64,000 nucleotides of DNA from Paraspadella gotoi (lineage: Eukaryota; Animalia; Chaetognatha). Positions within the stretch are counted from its first letter, which is position 1; each line of letters starts with the position of its first letter. Below, piece after piece: positions 25,201-37,838 of the stretch. The stretch spans positions 9,166,120 through 9,230,119 of the forward strand of contig CM119271.1 in NCBI GenBank assembly GCA_051294375.1, in the 5' to 3' direction. The translations under genes and the position numbers were made by a program. Under the pieces are notes generated by a model. It was given only the letters and a program-made list of their open reading frames with translations. It had not been told where the DNA came from and did no database searches.

Positions 25201-27114
25201 GCTGCTCACGGCTGAGCTTGGCTTTTAACTCTTCGTAAGAATTGAGGGTAGGACTAAGTATGGAATATTTACTGATTTATAAATCATAACCGTTCCACTG
25301 CTGTAAAGCCTTAGTTACGTTTCAATTAAAAAATTAAAACTAATTATTAAATGTCGATTCGAATCTTAAAACGATTTTTTCATGTCAAGACAAATTAAAA
25401 TTTAATTATGGCAATTGATTTGAAATAAAGACGAAGTCTTTTACAGCAACGATTAATTTTTATTTTTAAACAGACGTTTCGGCTTTAATGCAAGCCTTCA
25501 TCAGCGCTTGGACAATTTCACATTTTGGATTCAAATAACCTGTGAGAGAGAGAAAGAAGAGAGAGAGAGAGGGGGAAGGAAAGTAGTCAACAAAGATGCT
25601 TGAGACAGGACAGTGGTGAAATGTGAGGACAGGTTAAGTTGGGAGAAAGGGTCAACAAAAAGGGGATGCTTGATGACGAGGGGCAGCTCAATTTGAGCTT
25701 TTTCTTATTCTTATTTTTCACTAACTCTTTCACTTACCTATCCCTCAATATCTTCACTTTCCATTTCATCTAAATTTTATTTCTTTAATTTAATTTAATA
25801 TAATTTAAATCTGTTTAGTTTTATCTTTAAGTCTGTTTACATATTTATTTTACTATTTTGTAATTAACTAATGTATTGTTCACCAAATGTTAACCTCTGC
25901 TTCTCTGTCTCTCTCTCTCTCACTCACAAATTTAATTTCATTTCCCTCACCTTCTCTTTCTCTCCCAACTTAAACTGTCCTCACATTTCACCACTGTCCT
26001 GTCTCACATCTTTGTTCAACTTTCCTTTTCTCTCTCTTGTCAGTAAAAAGACTTCGTCTTTATTTCAAACTCAATCTAAAAACACTACGAAAAAGAAAGG
26101 AATTTTAGAAATTATTGGAATTCAAAGGAAAAGAAAAGTCTGAGATTTATGTTCGTGCTGCGGAACTTAAAAATGTTTCAATTATGGCATTATTTTTTTA
26201 CTTATAAATATTTTAATTTTACGAATATTGCGTTTTTATTTTTGTTTGAAAAAATAAAAATAAAATAGTGTATGAATCCTAAAAATGAACCATCCGGGTT
26301 TAATTTTATATTTTATTTTGAGACAGTCATAAACAGATGGTAAACAATTACAAGCTGTCATAATATTAATATGAAATTGGTACAACCAATATAAAAATTA
26401 TCCATTCATTAATAATAGCTATCTTGCCCTGACTTTGGACAGGCTTGGTGGTTTAAGGCCTCCATCACTCTTACAAGATAATGACATAGCAGTCCCTGCA
26501 AGCTTTCAATCAAGACTCTCTCACAAGTCTCGTTTATTCACTCCCAGAGTGCCTGGCTTCCCTATCAATGAAGTGGTATAATATTTCAAATGTTTCAATT
26601 GTATGAAAAGACCAACTCCCTTAAAGTATTAGATCGGGGAATACTTATTGTACTCCGCACTAGCATCAAAATACAACGACTGATTTTTGAAATTGGTACA
26701 ACCAATTAAAAATTATCATTCATTTTAATAAATAAGCTATCTTGCCCTGACTTTGGACAGGCTTTGGTGTTTAAGGCCTCCATCACTCTTACAGATAATG
26801 ACATAGCAGGTCCCTGCAAGCTTTCAATCAGACTCTAAATATGAAAAGATATGAAGTACATAAGAAACAAATGGCAATTTTTTAATATAAACAGTTCTGA
26901 AAATATAGCGCCCCTTTATTAAGCGGTTTCGCGCTAGTGATTCGGAAGCGTTGATTGGAGCGTATTGTATCGTCTTAAAATGATGGACCCCATCCTCGAT
27001 TTTGTTCTGTAAAGAGTCAGAACAATTGGTCTCATACATGATGGCGGTGAACTCCTCCAGATCGAGCATCCCGTTTCACGATGAGTCAGCCTCGCGGATC
27101 ATGTCGTTCAACTC
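16289..27114 (-). other. Inverted, error-rich redundant block: copies of UCP (~16450-18425 -), NDUFS2 pseudogene (~20375-20957 +), MCT (23304-~25245 +) and the centrin 3' end
   Basis: Reverse complement of ~8898-9034 joined to 32445-42335. Its far end (27114, GAGTTGAAC on the minus strand) continues the sequence that stops at 16288 (GACGCCGAG). Confidence 0.9.
26373..26836. mobile_element. Copy-specific insertion of ~1.5 tandem monomers (~316 bp unit; ~146 bp directly repeated)
   Basis: GAAATTGGTACAACCAAT...AATCA(A)GACTCT occurs at 26373-26519 and again at 26689-26836. The segment is absent from the equivalent sites at ~9185 and ~32590. A diverged relative is at 59050-59123. Confidence 0.75.
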
Positions 27115-27139
27115 NNNNNNNNNNNNNNNNNNNNNNNNN

Positions 27140-30100
27140 TAAAATCGATGGAACCCCATCTCGATTTTGTCGAAAGAGTCAGAACAAGTTGTCTTCAACA
27201 TGATGGCGGTGAACTCCTCCAGATCGAGCATCCCGTTTCCCGATGAGTCCGCCTCTCGGATCATGTCGTTCAACTCGGCGTCACTGAAAGAGGGCCGGCT
27301 TCTCGAGAGGCACGTTCGAAGCGCTTCCAGTCCAATGCGGCCTGAGCCGTCGACGTCGAAGAGGGGCGAAACCTTGAAGAAATCTCGTCCAAGACGTCGC
27401 GGTCGTCGCCTGGTGAAAGGATGGTGGGAGAAAGTTGACAGAGTCAGGCCTTCAGCTTTTACAATAAAAATCTTTTTTGACTGGACAGACTGATCAATAT
27501 TTTGGATATTGCAATACTTGCTGTCATAATTAATTACACGTAACCTTGCGAATCGATGATGATATCGAGAAATTCATTGAAGTCGACGCCTGATGAAATA
27601 AAGGAATATTAATCAATGGGCAATATGTGAAACGTATTTGTTTAAGTTCCTCAAAAGTAAGCAACTAAGTTTCGGTCCAAACATTCGCTTATGAACCTGC
27701 ATTCAGATGTGCGCTAAAGTTAAAGATTCTCGCTTTTTAGTCGGATCCCGACTCTATAATTCACTTTTGTGGGTCCGTCGGTCCGCCCCTCATCGAATTA
27801 TGCAAAAAAAATAATGTCTGTCCGTCCGTCCTACCTGAGCAAAAAAACTCCAATTACTCGTGATTTGATGTATGTAAGTATGTATGTTATGTTGGTAGAA
27901 AAAGTGTGTGATTAAGGCTGGAAATAAAGTTTCGTCTTGAAGTGGAAATGAGTTAAAATGGAAAAAACATAAGTCAGTCAAATTGAAAAAATTATGCGCA
28001 GTTGAAAAAAATGATGCAAGTTGTAAAAATTATGCCTGTTAAAAAATGTTGCAAGATGAAAAAAAATAAAAGTTGAAAAAATAATAATAGTGTAAAAAAA
28101 TTATTTGTTTGTACATAGTAACAGTTCAGTTAATCCCTTGCAAGCGATTTACATGTATATGCGCAATGCGCAAGCCATTGATTTGGTATGGTACGATCTG
28201 TTATGATCACAAATGATTAAAAATTATCATCATTTTCATCTGATTAGCTGATTAGCCGCTTAATTATCGTAGGCAGATCCGACATCGTTTGCTCAAACTT
28301 GTTCTTTTTATAAAGACAATGTTCGCCAGAGTTTCAGCTAATTTTAACTCTTCTTCTCTATTACGTGCACGCATGCCCGCACGCATTCGACCAATCGATT
28401 TTTTGGCCTCATATAAAATTCCGAAAGACAATCCCACGCAGACGCGCAGCCACGCGACGCAGGGAACTCCATTCTTGGTGCGCAGCGAATTCGCGCTATG
28501 CTCTGACACGAAGATTTCGGGCGACAACAACAAAAAAAAAATCGATAAGAAAGCTAAATAAGGAACGAAAGGGGCCGAACCGCAGAAAACCAGGAATCGT
28601 GTCGGCCGTCTCTTTTTTGTTCAGAATCGAAAGCAGGTTCTATATTAACCGTAAATCCCTTGAGCAAATTCAGTTTGGAAGACCAAAAGAAATAGAAGAA
28701 ACTCTGAAAACGGTGAACTCGGGGGCGAATTTTAAATGTGAACTTCGAAAGCCTGAAAACCTTTTTTTTTCTTTTTATCAGAACTCAGAAGACCATGGCG
28801 ACGGCGACAGTCTCTCTATCAACCTCGTCGTTGCGTTGTTTGTGGATTTTCTTTGTCTTAGCGGATGACAACAATTCTCTTCAATCTGATTATAGAATTT
28901 CGAGATCCGACGAGTGACTCTTTCATTGTCTCTGATTCGCGATCGAAGGTCGCAGCTCCGGACGATCCCTTCAGGCGAATCTCGACGCGACGTCCTCTGC
29001 AATCTGAAACGTCGCCGCCTTCGCTTCCAACACCTCGTAGATACCGACGAACCCTTTGCCTCCCTGTCTGACTTCCACGGCGTCCTCCCACCCCGTCCCA
29101 TCCTTCCCCGACGAGCGCCGGTTTCGTTCGTGCGGCGTCGTTTCCAGCTCCGGCGCGCTTCTCGGGCGGCGTCTCGGCTCCAAAATCGACGCCCCCGACG
29201 CCGTTTTTCGGTTTAACCAGCCCCCACCGACGGATTTGAGTCGGACGTCGGCGCCAAGACGACGGTTCGTCTCGTCAACAGCAAATGCGTCGAGTGGGCC
29301 GTGTCAATTCTTGGAGGATCGACTCTTTCGTAGACGAGACGAAGCGATGGTCGTTTGGGATCCCGGGGCGAGGGATTTGAACTACACCAAGTGGTGGGGG
29401 AAACCCGAATACAAGTTCTTCCACAATTTTGTCGAGTTCAGGTCTGAAGATCAAAGTTTTCTCTCTTTTCGAATTCAAAAAAGAAGTAATGTTCAAAGTC
29501 GCGAAATGCGTTCGATTAAAAAAAAAAGCGTGGTCAAATTCAATTTTAAAATTATGAATCATGAATCATGACATGATCGGACTTTCCCCCTCCCCATTCC
29601 ATTCATAGTCATTCAATATTCATTATTTAGTTATTTACGTAAAGACTTTTTTTGTATGTAAACATAAAGTTCAACAAAAAATCCTTTCAGTGAACAATTC
29701 TTTTGGTTTTATTGCTTTGTATGCAAAAATACTACTATCACTATAATATTAGTGATTGTACGTATTATATTTACTTATATAATTAAAAGGAGGAAAGTAC
29801 TCTGAAGTCCGCGTTTTAATCGCGAAACCCGAATGATATGGGGTCTGCACGGACGTGGTGGCCAAACTTACTTCGGCGAATCAGGTTCGATCGAAAGACT
29901 TTCCCCAACATCGGGTAAGTATTTACTTACTAAGTAAAAGAAGCAAAAAGGATTCAAAGCTAAGAATGATTTAGTGATCGAGAAATAAACATTCCGCCTT
30001 CGAAGGTTTCTTCTGGATCATATGCTTGCGATGGAAAATGTGCGATCAAATCGTCAGTGTACGAATACATCGCGTCTCGTCCGGACAAACGCAACCTCCG

Positions 30101-30385
30101 GTCGTACGGGACAGCTCTCTGGGGCAGGGACCACTCTCTTCAACGGGGCACGCCTTGTCACTATTGGGAACCGGAAGAGTGCGATTGGGTTGAAGACCGC
30201 GCAGTCGGAGCAAAGAGTTTTTGGGGAGGATGCTTGCATGTCGGAGACACAGGGCTGGATGGCGATTCTGGAATTCTGATTCTCGATGGATTTCGATCTC
30301 TTGTTGTTGAATATTGATTATTTGAAAAATTATAAAAAAAAATTGTTTTTGTTTTTCTTTTATTCTTTATTTTCACCAACAGTCA

Positions 30386-30425
<40 letters not shown>

Positions 30426-32444
30426 CTCGTCTCTCTCTCTCTCTTCTCTTCCTCATCTCGTTCTCTCTCTCCTCTCCGCTCTCACCATTGGACGCGACGG
30501 ACATTTTCGTTTATCATCGCCCAAACTTCCTCGCGCGTCAACCGAAAGCCCAAGCGCTCGCATCGCCCCTGTAGAGACCTCAGCGGGCCGATGACGCCTT
30601 TGTTCCAAAGTCGAAGGCCTTCAGAGGGGTGACGGGCGGGGGGCGTTAGATTGGGGTATGGAGAAAGAGAGGATTGCGGAAAAAGAGATTTGGGCACGAA
30701 CAAGTTTTGATCCATTATTATCATCTGGAGCCAAAACTGATGACGGCAAAACTACGATCGAGATAAAGTCATCCTATTTTGAAAGGTCGAAGTAGCGAGC
30801 GACGTTTTTTTGGTTAATGAATTTGCAGATTAATTAAAACTTGCTTAAAATTGCCCTAAGAGTTTTAAATATGATATGACGATTTACACAGAAAACCACC
30901 CTTGTGGACGCAACCACACCCTTTTCTTTTTTTTTATAGGTAAATTACTTTCTAAAATTCAGCTGTTAATAAAAGCGATAAATCACGATTCTTCTATCTT
31001 TTTTTTTTTTCGCAGGAAGCCGTTTATTTTGCCGGTGACATCGCGGCCTCGATCGATATTTTTGTCAATCATCCATCATCCATTCGCAGTTCAACTCATC
31101 AAAATAAACTGAAACAACAGTAAAAACAATAATAAGGGAGAGAGCAAACGAACTTTTTTTTTCTTCCAAGTCCTTGATTAGATCACCTTTTACAATAACA
31201 CTTGACATCTTTGCGATTTATTTCATTAAAAAACAAAATTTATTGGAGATTGAGAGAAAAATACAGACCAAGGACGAACTCTTCAACGTGCGTCGAGCTT
31301 AATTTTTTTCGTTCCTTCTGAAACCACTCGAAAGCACAAAAATTTTAATGACGAATGTAATTTCAAAGATACAGAAAATAACACCATTCTCAAAAATTAA
31401 ATGATTAATTTATTCACTATTTCTAGTAATCGTTACGTTTTGGTTACGATTTTTCACCACGAAAATTTTTAAATCGAGTGCATCGGGAGTCAAACATTTT
31501 AAAGGACCTATGAAATTAAACCAAATGTCAAAGATTGAGGGATAATTTTTACAAAACTACGCACAAAATCGTTAAAAATATTGAAATAACTTGTGAAAAA
31601 AATAAAAAACAAGTGTAATTATTGTTGACAAGAAAAGTGGTTTGAAAGTGTTCGATCCAAATGGCTTTTTTTTTTTAACAAAAAAGGAATACTCCCCCCC
31701 AAAAAAAACTACTTTAAAACCCATCGCAAACCACGCCCACCTCGGCCTCTCCCCCTTTGCCTCCCACCGTCCCACCTTGACACGTCCCTCAGATCCCTGA
31801 TCTCCTGCGGCGTTCAGACTCTTCAAACACTCTTCCCCGACAACTTCTTGCGCCCAGAACATTTCCCGCTCGTCCTCCGAGTCGTCGGGTCTCAAATCTC
31901 CAGCAGCGTCTCGCCGATTTCCGGTTCAGGGGCGGAACGATGATCCGGCGCCGGGCATCGAGTCCAACAGCAGCCCTCCAGTCGGACGTCGGATCTTCAC
32001 CGCGCTTTCTTCTTCTTGGCCGTCGTCCGAGGCCATTGTCTGTTGGTTGTTGTATGGAGGCGGAGTGGATAGGGGCGTAGTTTAGAGACGGGAGATCAAT
32101 GCAGAAAACTATGTGCGTGTGTTGTTGTTGTTGTTATTTATTGTTATTCTGTCGGTGAAAGTTAAGTGTTTTTTTTTCCGAACTCCTTTTTTTTTCAAAA
32201 GGTTCAACGAACCTCTCTGAATTATTTTTCTCACGAATGATCACTTTCGAACCAAAAAAAAAAATCTGAAAAGAAGAAAATTTTAAATTATACCGAGGCA
32301 GACGCAAGAATGTTGGTATGATCATTGTACGTTTTAAAAACAAGACATACTAGGTGGAGAGACAGAGAAAGAATTGAGCGAAAATTAAAACTAATTTTTT
32401 AATTAATCGTAAATTTAGTTCGCAATATAATGAACTGAACGTCG
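27140..32444 (-). other. Inverted redundant copy of 3897-9033 (centrin-like 27179-32036 -; ST6Gal-like 28795-30310 +)
   Basis: Reverse complement of the first locus. It shares its start point and many indels with 11130-15570 (identical ORFs 14685-15188 and 28365-28868). Its 27140 end continues directly into 32445. Confidence 0.9.
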
Positions 32445-32887
32445 AAGAGAATACAATACGCTCCATCAACGCTTCGAATCACTGGCGAACACCCGCTTTA
32501 ATAAAGCGGGCCGCTATATTTCCAGAACTGTTTATATTAAAAACTTGCCATTTGTTTCAATGTACTTCATATCTGTTTCATATTTATTATATATTAATAT
32601 TATGACAAGCTTGTAATTTTGTTTACCATCTGTTTATGACTGTCTCAAAATAAAATATAAAAATTAAACCCGGATGGTTCATTTTTAGGATTGACACTTA
32701 TTTTATTTTTTATTTTTTAAACAAAATAAAAACGCATTATACGTAAATATAAAATATTTATAAAGAAAAAAAATAATGCCATAATTGAAACATTTTAAGT
32801 TCCGCAGCACTGAACATAAATCTCAGACTTTTCTTTTCCTTTGAATTCCATAATTTCTAAAATCCTTTCTTTTTCGTAGTGTTTTAG

Positions 32888-33537
32888 ATTGAGTTTGAAA
32901 TAAAGACGAAGTCTTTTACTGCAAGAGAGAGAAAAGGAAAGTTGACGACAAAGATGTGAGACAGGACAGTGGTGAAATGTGAGGACAGTTTAAGTTGGGA
33001 GAGAAAGAGAAGGTGAGGGAAATAAAATTAAATTTGTGAGTGAGAGAGAGAGAGACAGAGAAGCAGAGGTTAACATTTTGTGAGACAATACATTAGTTAA
33101 TGTACAAAAATAGTAAAATAAATATGTAAACAGACTTAAAGATAAACTAAACAGATTAAAATAAATTAGATTAAATTAAATTAAAGAAATGAAATTTAGA
33201 TGAAATGAAAAGTGAAGATATTGAGGGATAGGTAAGTGAAAAATAAGAATAAGAAAAAGCTCAAATTGAGCTGCCCCTCGTCATCAGCATCCCCTTTTTG
33301 TTGACCCTTTCTCCCAACTTAACCTGTCCTCACATTTCACCACTGTCCTGTCTCACATCTTTGTTGACTACTTTCCTTCCCTCTCTCTCTCTCTTTCTCT
33401 CTCTCTAAGGTTATTTGGAAATCCAAAAATGTGAAATTGTCAAAGCGCTGATGAAGGCTTGCATTAAAGCCGAAACGTCTGTTAAAAAAAAAATTAATCG
33501 TTGCTGTAAAAGACTTCGTCTTTATTTCAAACTCAAT
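32888..33537. repeat. Fold-back/MITE-like long inverted repeat
   Basis: Outer arms 32888-32919 and 33506-33537 are a perfect 32-bp inverted pair. Inner arms 32948-33003 and 33310-33364 are ~55 bp and nearly perfect, around an AT-rich spacer. Confidence 0.8.
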
Positions 33538-33697
33538 TCCATAATTAAATTTTAATTTTCTTGACATGAAATACCGTTTAGATTCGACAATGACAATTTA
33601 ATAATTAGTTTTAATTTTTTAAAAACGTAACTAAGGCTTTAGAGCATTGGAACGTTCATGATTCATAAATCATAAATATTCCATACTTAGCCTACCC

Positions 33698-35567
33698 TCA
33701 ATTCTTACGAGAGTTCAAAGCCAAGCTCAGCGTGAGCAGCAGGCAGGCCATTCCCTGACTGCCGCGTCGTAGAAAAAGGCGGCGTCGTAGGAGCCGGCAC
33801 GGTCGACGAATTGGGCGGAGCCCAGCGGAACTACATGATGGCGCCGACGCCGGGACGAAATGGAGCAAGCCAATGAGATCCGGGATCCTGTCTCGACCCA
33901 TCAAGGTCCACCAAGACCAGGGTCCGCAGCATCACGTAACTGGGATTAAGCAAAAGCAATTGGGCTTGTTGTTGAAGACCACCTTTACTGCCATTTGATC
34001 AGTGATCATTCTTTATAGCCGGTTACTTAGACCATATAAGGGGTATCATTCAATAAGGACTATCATTCAATAATCACACGAGGTCATTCACTAACACTCC
34101 AAAATACTCACGCGCCATCGTTGACTCCTCTGAACACTCCGTATATGAAGAATGCCGAGTAGGATCGAAGAAAAGGGGCGAGGAAATCGAAAGCAGACGA
34201 AAACAGAATCACGATCACAAAGACGAAGTGACGGCGGCGTGCGACCACGGGACAATTCAGGATGGAGCCCACCACGAGAAACGCTGAGGGATGAGGAAGA
34301 ATATATGTATTAATATATATTAATATATGTATTAATCATATCAATAATTTAAAAAAATAAATAGAGTGAATAAAATACACAACAAACCAACGAAGCAGCT
34401 GATAAACATTGCTGATAATATGAATGCCGATTCTTGCGATGTAAAGTTCTTCTCCAACATGAGGGAAGGTATAAAAACTGGCGCCCACCATACGCACGGC
34501 ATACCGATGGCAGAAGCTGCGGTTAAAGACGGTGATCAGTTATACATTATTTTCTAAAATATCTTGAAAGACAAACAAAGTTGACCAAAGTTTATTTCCT
34601 CGTGAACAGTTACCAGAAATGTAAAGCAGGAAGACCGGATTAAAAAACAATTCTAAATTAAGTCCACTCCGTCCATTGCAGATAGTCGGCTGGACGCAGC
34701 ATTGTCTTTGCACATTTTTAGCTTTTGCTGTCCCATTGATGGAATCGGGTGATGCTATGGAGTCAGTTTCGGTTTTCGATAGCGCCATCTGATTACGATT
34801 TTCGAGCGTCGCGGCGTCGTAATTATCGGCGATTGGGCGGCACAAAGCGCCGGCAAGGACGACGTTTAACGCGACTCCTCCCGTGAGAAGGAAGGCGCCG
34901 TGGAGTCCGAACTCTTCGATGAAGTAGTTGATCATCGGCGGAACGACGAATCCGCCGACGCCGTTGCCGCTCAGACACAAGGCCAAAGCCAAGGAACGTC
35001 GCGACTCGAAGTATTGATTGACGACGGTGACGGCCGTCGTCCAACTGGCGCCATAAGCGACGCCTATTGAGTTATCGAGGCAACGAAATAGTTTTATCTA
35101 AATTTTTTTTTTAGGTTATCGTCACCGGTATCGTTACCTAAACCGATTCCATAGAGAAGGAAAATGGCGTAGAAACTGGAGGAATAGGCGGCGGCCACGC
35201 AGGATATACATTCGAGGAGGCCGCTAACTATTAAAATTTGTCTCGGCGACATTCCTGGGGATTATTTTGACAATGTTGAACGTCATTTCGCATCGAGGGC
35301 GTTTAGGCACTGATAAAACGGAAACTCTCTCTTACCCTTGTTGATAAGCGCAGCGACGATTGGACCGACGAAACTGGCCACGGAGAAGTTGACCGAAACG
35401 ATGCTGGAGAGCGCGACGACGGACGCTTCGGGATAGGTTCGTCGGAGATGCACGATGATGTGGCCAAAGGATTTGTCGTTAAGCGCCATGATGAGATGGG
35501 TGAGAAAGCTACCGGAGGCCGCCATCCAAGCCGCCGTTCCGCCGTCCAAGGGCGGGTAGGTGGTCAT
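33698..35567 (-). CDS. Monocarboxylate transporter (SLC16/MFS family), multi-exon, indel errors present
   Basis: N-terminus MTTYPPLDGGTAAWM resembles the SLC16 PDGG.W motif. Also FVGPIVAALIN and LALCLSGNGVGGFVVPPMINYFIEEFGLHGAFLLTGGVALNVVLAGALCRP (the SLC16 TM5-6 ...RP signature). Confidence 0.82.
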
Positions 35568-37248
35568 TTTACGCACTGCTGTTTTTTTAAAGCGAATGAA
35601 AAGTATGAAAACGGCTATTAAATCCAAAGGGACTGTAGTACTTAATATTCGTATTTCAGTTACGTCTTAGCTTTTACATCGTGACAATTGAAACCCGTCG
35701 ATAAAAAAAATTGACCAAATGAAAAAAAAGAGTTTTTATCATTTGTAAAAATAAGAATTACGGCCAAAACGAACACATGTTTGATATCGTATCAAACGGT
35801 TCTCTTTTGCCTTGGAAGTGAGAGAAGAGAGTCCGATCGAAAAAATTCCTCTCACTTGTTTATTATCATTTTTAACTTGAATTGGATATTTAACTTTTCG
35901 TGTATTTGCAAAAAGGGTAATTAATTCAATTTAATTAATTAGTCAATTAATTGATTGATTGGATCCGACATGTTTGTTTTTATGTCTTTACGTCACGATA
36001 AAAGCAACGACGATGATGGGGACAACGACAATATTGCCGATAACGATTAACTGATTGACTTACTTGATTGATTGATTTATTGATTGAATAATTAATAAAT
36101 TCATAATAAATTCACGGACATCAATTTTATTCATAAACATTTATTTAAAATTTAAAAATAGGATTAATATAACATAGTGAATATTAAATAATTAAAAAAA
36201 CACCTAAAAAGTAAGATTTTTGGAAGGTATGAGTAAGAAAAGAAACTAATGAGCTTAATATAGTTAAAAAGATTATCAACTTTCCTAATACTGTTTAAGA
36301 TCATCATAAACTTTCCTGATACTTTTTTTCTGATTTTTTCTTAAATTTATAATTATTTAATTAATTTTATGAAAGCGATTGATTGCAGCTCATTATCAAT
36401 GTTAAAAAGAGCAATTTATATGACAAATCATTTTCTGTTTTGAAAATATGATCCTTAATTTTATCTTTCCTCGCTTGTTACCGAGTCAAACCCGAAATTG
36501 AATGATATAAAATTTATAAATAAAAAATATGACTGTTTTACCTCATCACAGAGAAATCGAACTTGGAAAAATCTTGTAAAAATATTGTAAAAATCTTTTG
36601 GTGGTTTTCAAATGGTAGAATTTTTATAGCGTCGGGTTTTCAAATAATCACCATGTCGTACGAGACGAAAGATGAAATACACTTTGAAAATTAAACAAAC
36701 GCGTTCTAAGTCATTGTAAAATTCTTTTCATTCTTAAAAAAAATTTAAATTGCAATAAATTTAATTGCTTTTTTTTCATTTCAGAAAAAAAAATCAATTT
36801 GTCTGATTCGGAAAAATCTTTGAAATTTTTATTTTGATGCTATTGTATTAATCCTTTCTTTTTATTTTGATGCTGTAATTTCTGTTTTATACTAAAAATT
36901 AATCATTTATTTACGCTCAGATTTTAGTAGAGATGAAATTTTACAATGATCGACCGTCCACTGAGTATTTGAACAGGTTCACTGGGGCGACCACGACGAT
37001 AAATTTCGTTTGTTATGACGTTCGAACGGTACGTCGACGTCGTTGAATGAAGAAAATTTTAAAATTTACCGATAAAAATATTTAGTCTTGAAAAAAGGGA
37101 TGACAGATTTATTTTGAAGTGAAGATGAACTTGGGAAGACTTATAACATTAATTTATAAAAATTATATATAAAATTAAAAAAAAGGTGATAAGCTGATAA
37201 CTGGGCTTAAGAGTGCAATCCGATAAGTTTTTAACCCCTCTTGCAGTG

Positions 37249-37403
37249 ATGGAACGGGTCTTGGGCTTGGAAACAGACTTGAGGTCATTAGGATAAAGCG
37301 GTTTATGGCCGTAGGGTAAGCACCGTTGGGGACGGATCCCGGTACGTAATGGGCATGAGCTGCTGGTATTGCTGAATGAGCCACAGGGTCACGACCGAAG
37401 ATG
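37249..37403 (+). repeat. Decayed fragment of an unidentified protein-coding repeat family (homologous to 60098-60250)
   Basis: Shared peptides MERVLGLE..LR, RRV.T and MSHRVTTE, with mostly synonymous codon differences between the two loci. Confidence 0.65.
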
Positions 37404-37838
37404 TATTGATTATAGGCGAGGTGAACTTATTTCAATGCCCGACTCCATCAACATAATTTTATTATGTAAATAAAATTTACATAGATCAAAAGACGATGTC
37501 GATGACTACGTACGACGACACCCAGTATACTTTGTTTCTCATACTAGTAAAAATTAAATGAATAATACATCGGAGTCACCAGAATGGTACCTAAAAACTA
37601 CAAAATATAAATTAAAACGATATAATTTCGAACAATTTAACTAAAGTCAGAAATGTTTTATTATTCTTGACTGACCTATTTTTCCATTCTCTGTGAAATA
37701 AAACAAGGAACCAAATGATACAGCCATATCAAAATAAACCATACTTTAAAGACAACCAAAAATTATAATGATAAAAACCAAATCGCAACACAAGCGTATC
37801 ATAGATCTCTGTCACGACAGGGCCAGTGCAAGGACCTC

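Noticed and set aside
26680-26710. Plus-strand hammerhead at CTGATTTTTGAAATTGGTACAACCAAT
   Set aside because: It lacks G8/A9 and stem II; only the GAAA-hairpin half fits.
11130-32444. Tandem/inverted paralogue or pseudogene cluster of centrin, ST6Gal, MCT and UCP
   Set aside because: Differences are random single-base indels, the junctions resolve exactly by flipping blocks, and 25-N gaps bound them. An assembly artefact is far more likely.
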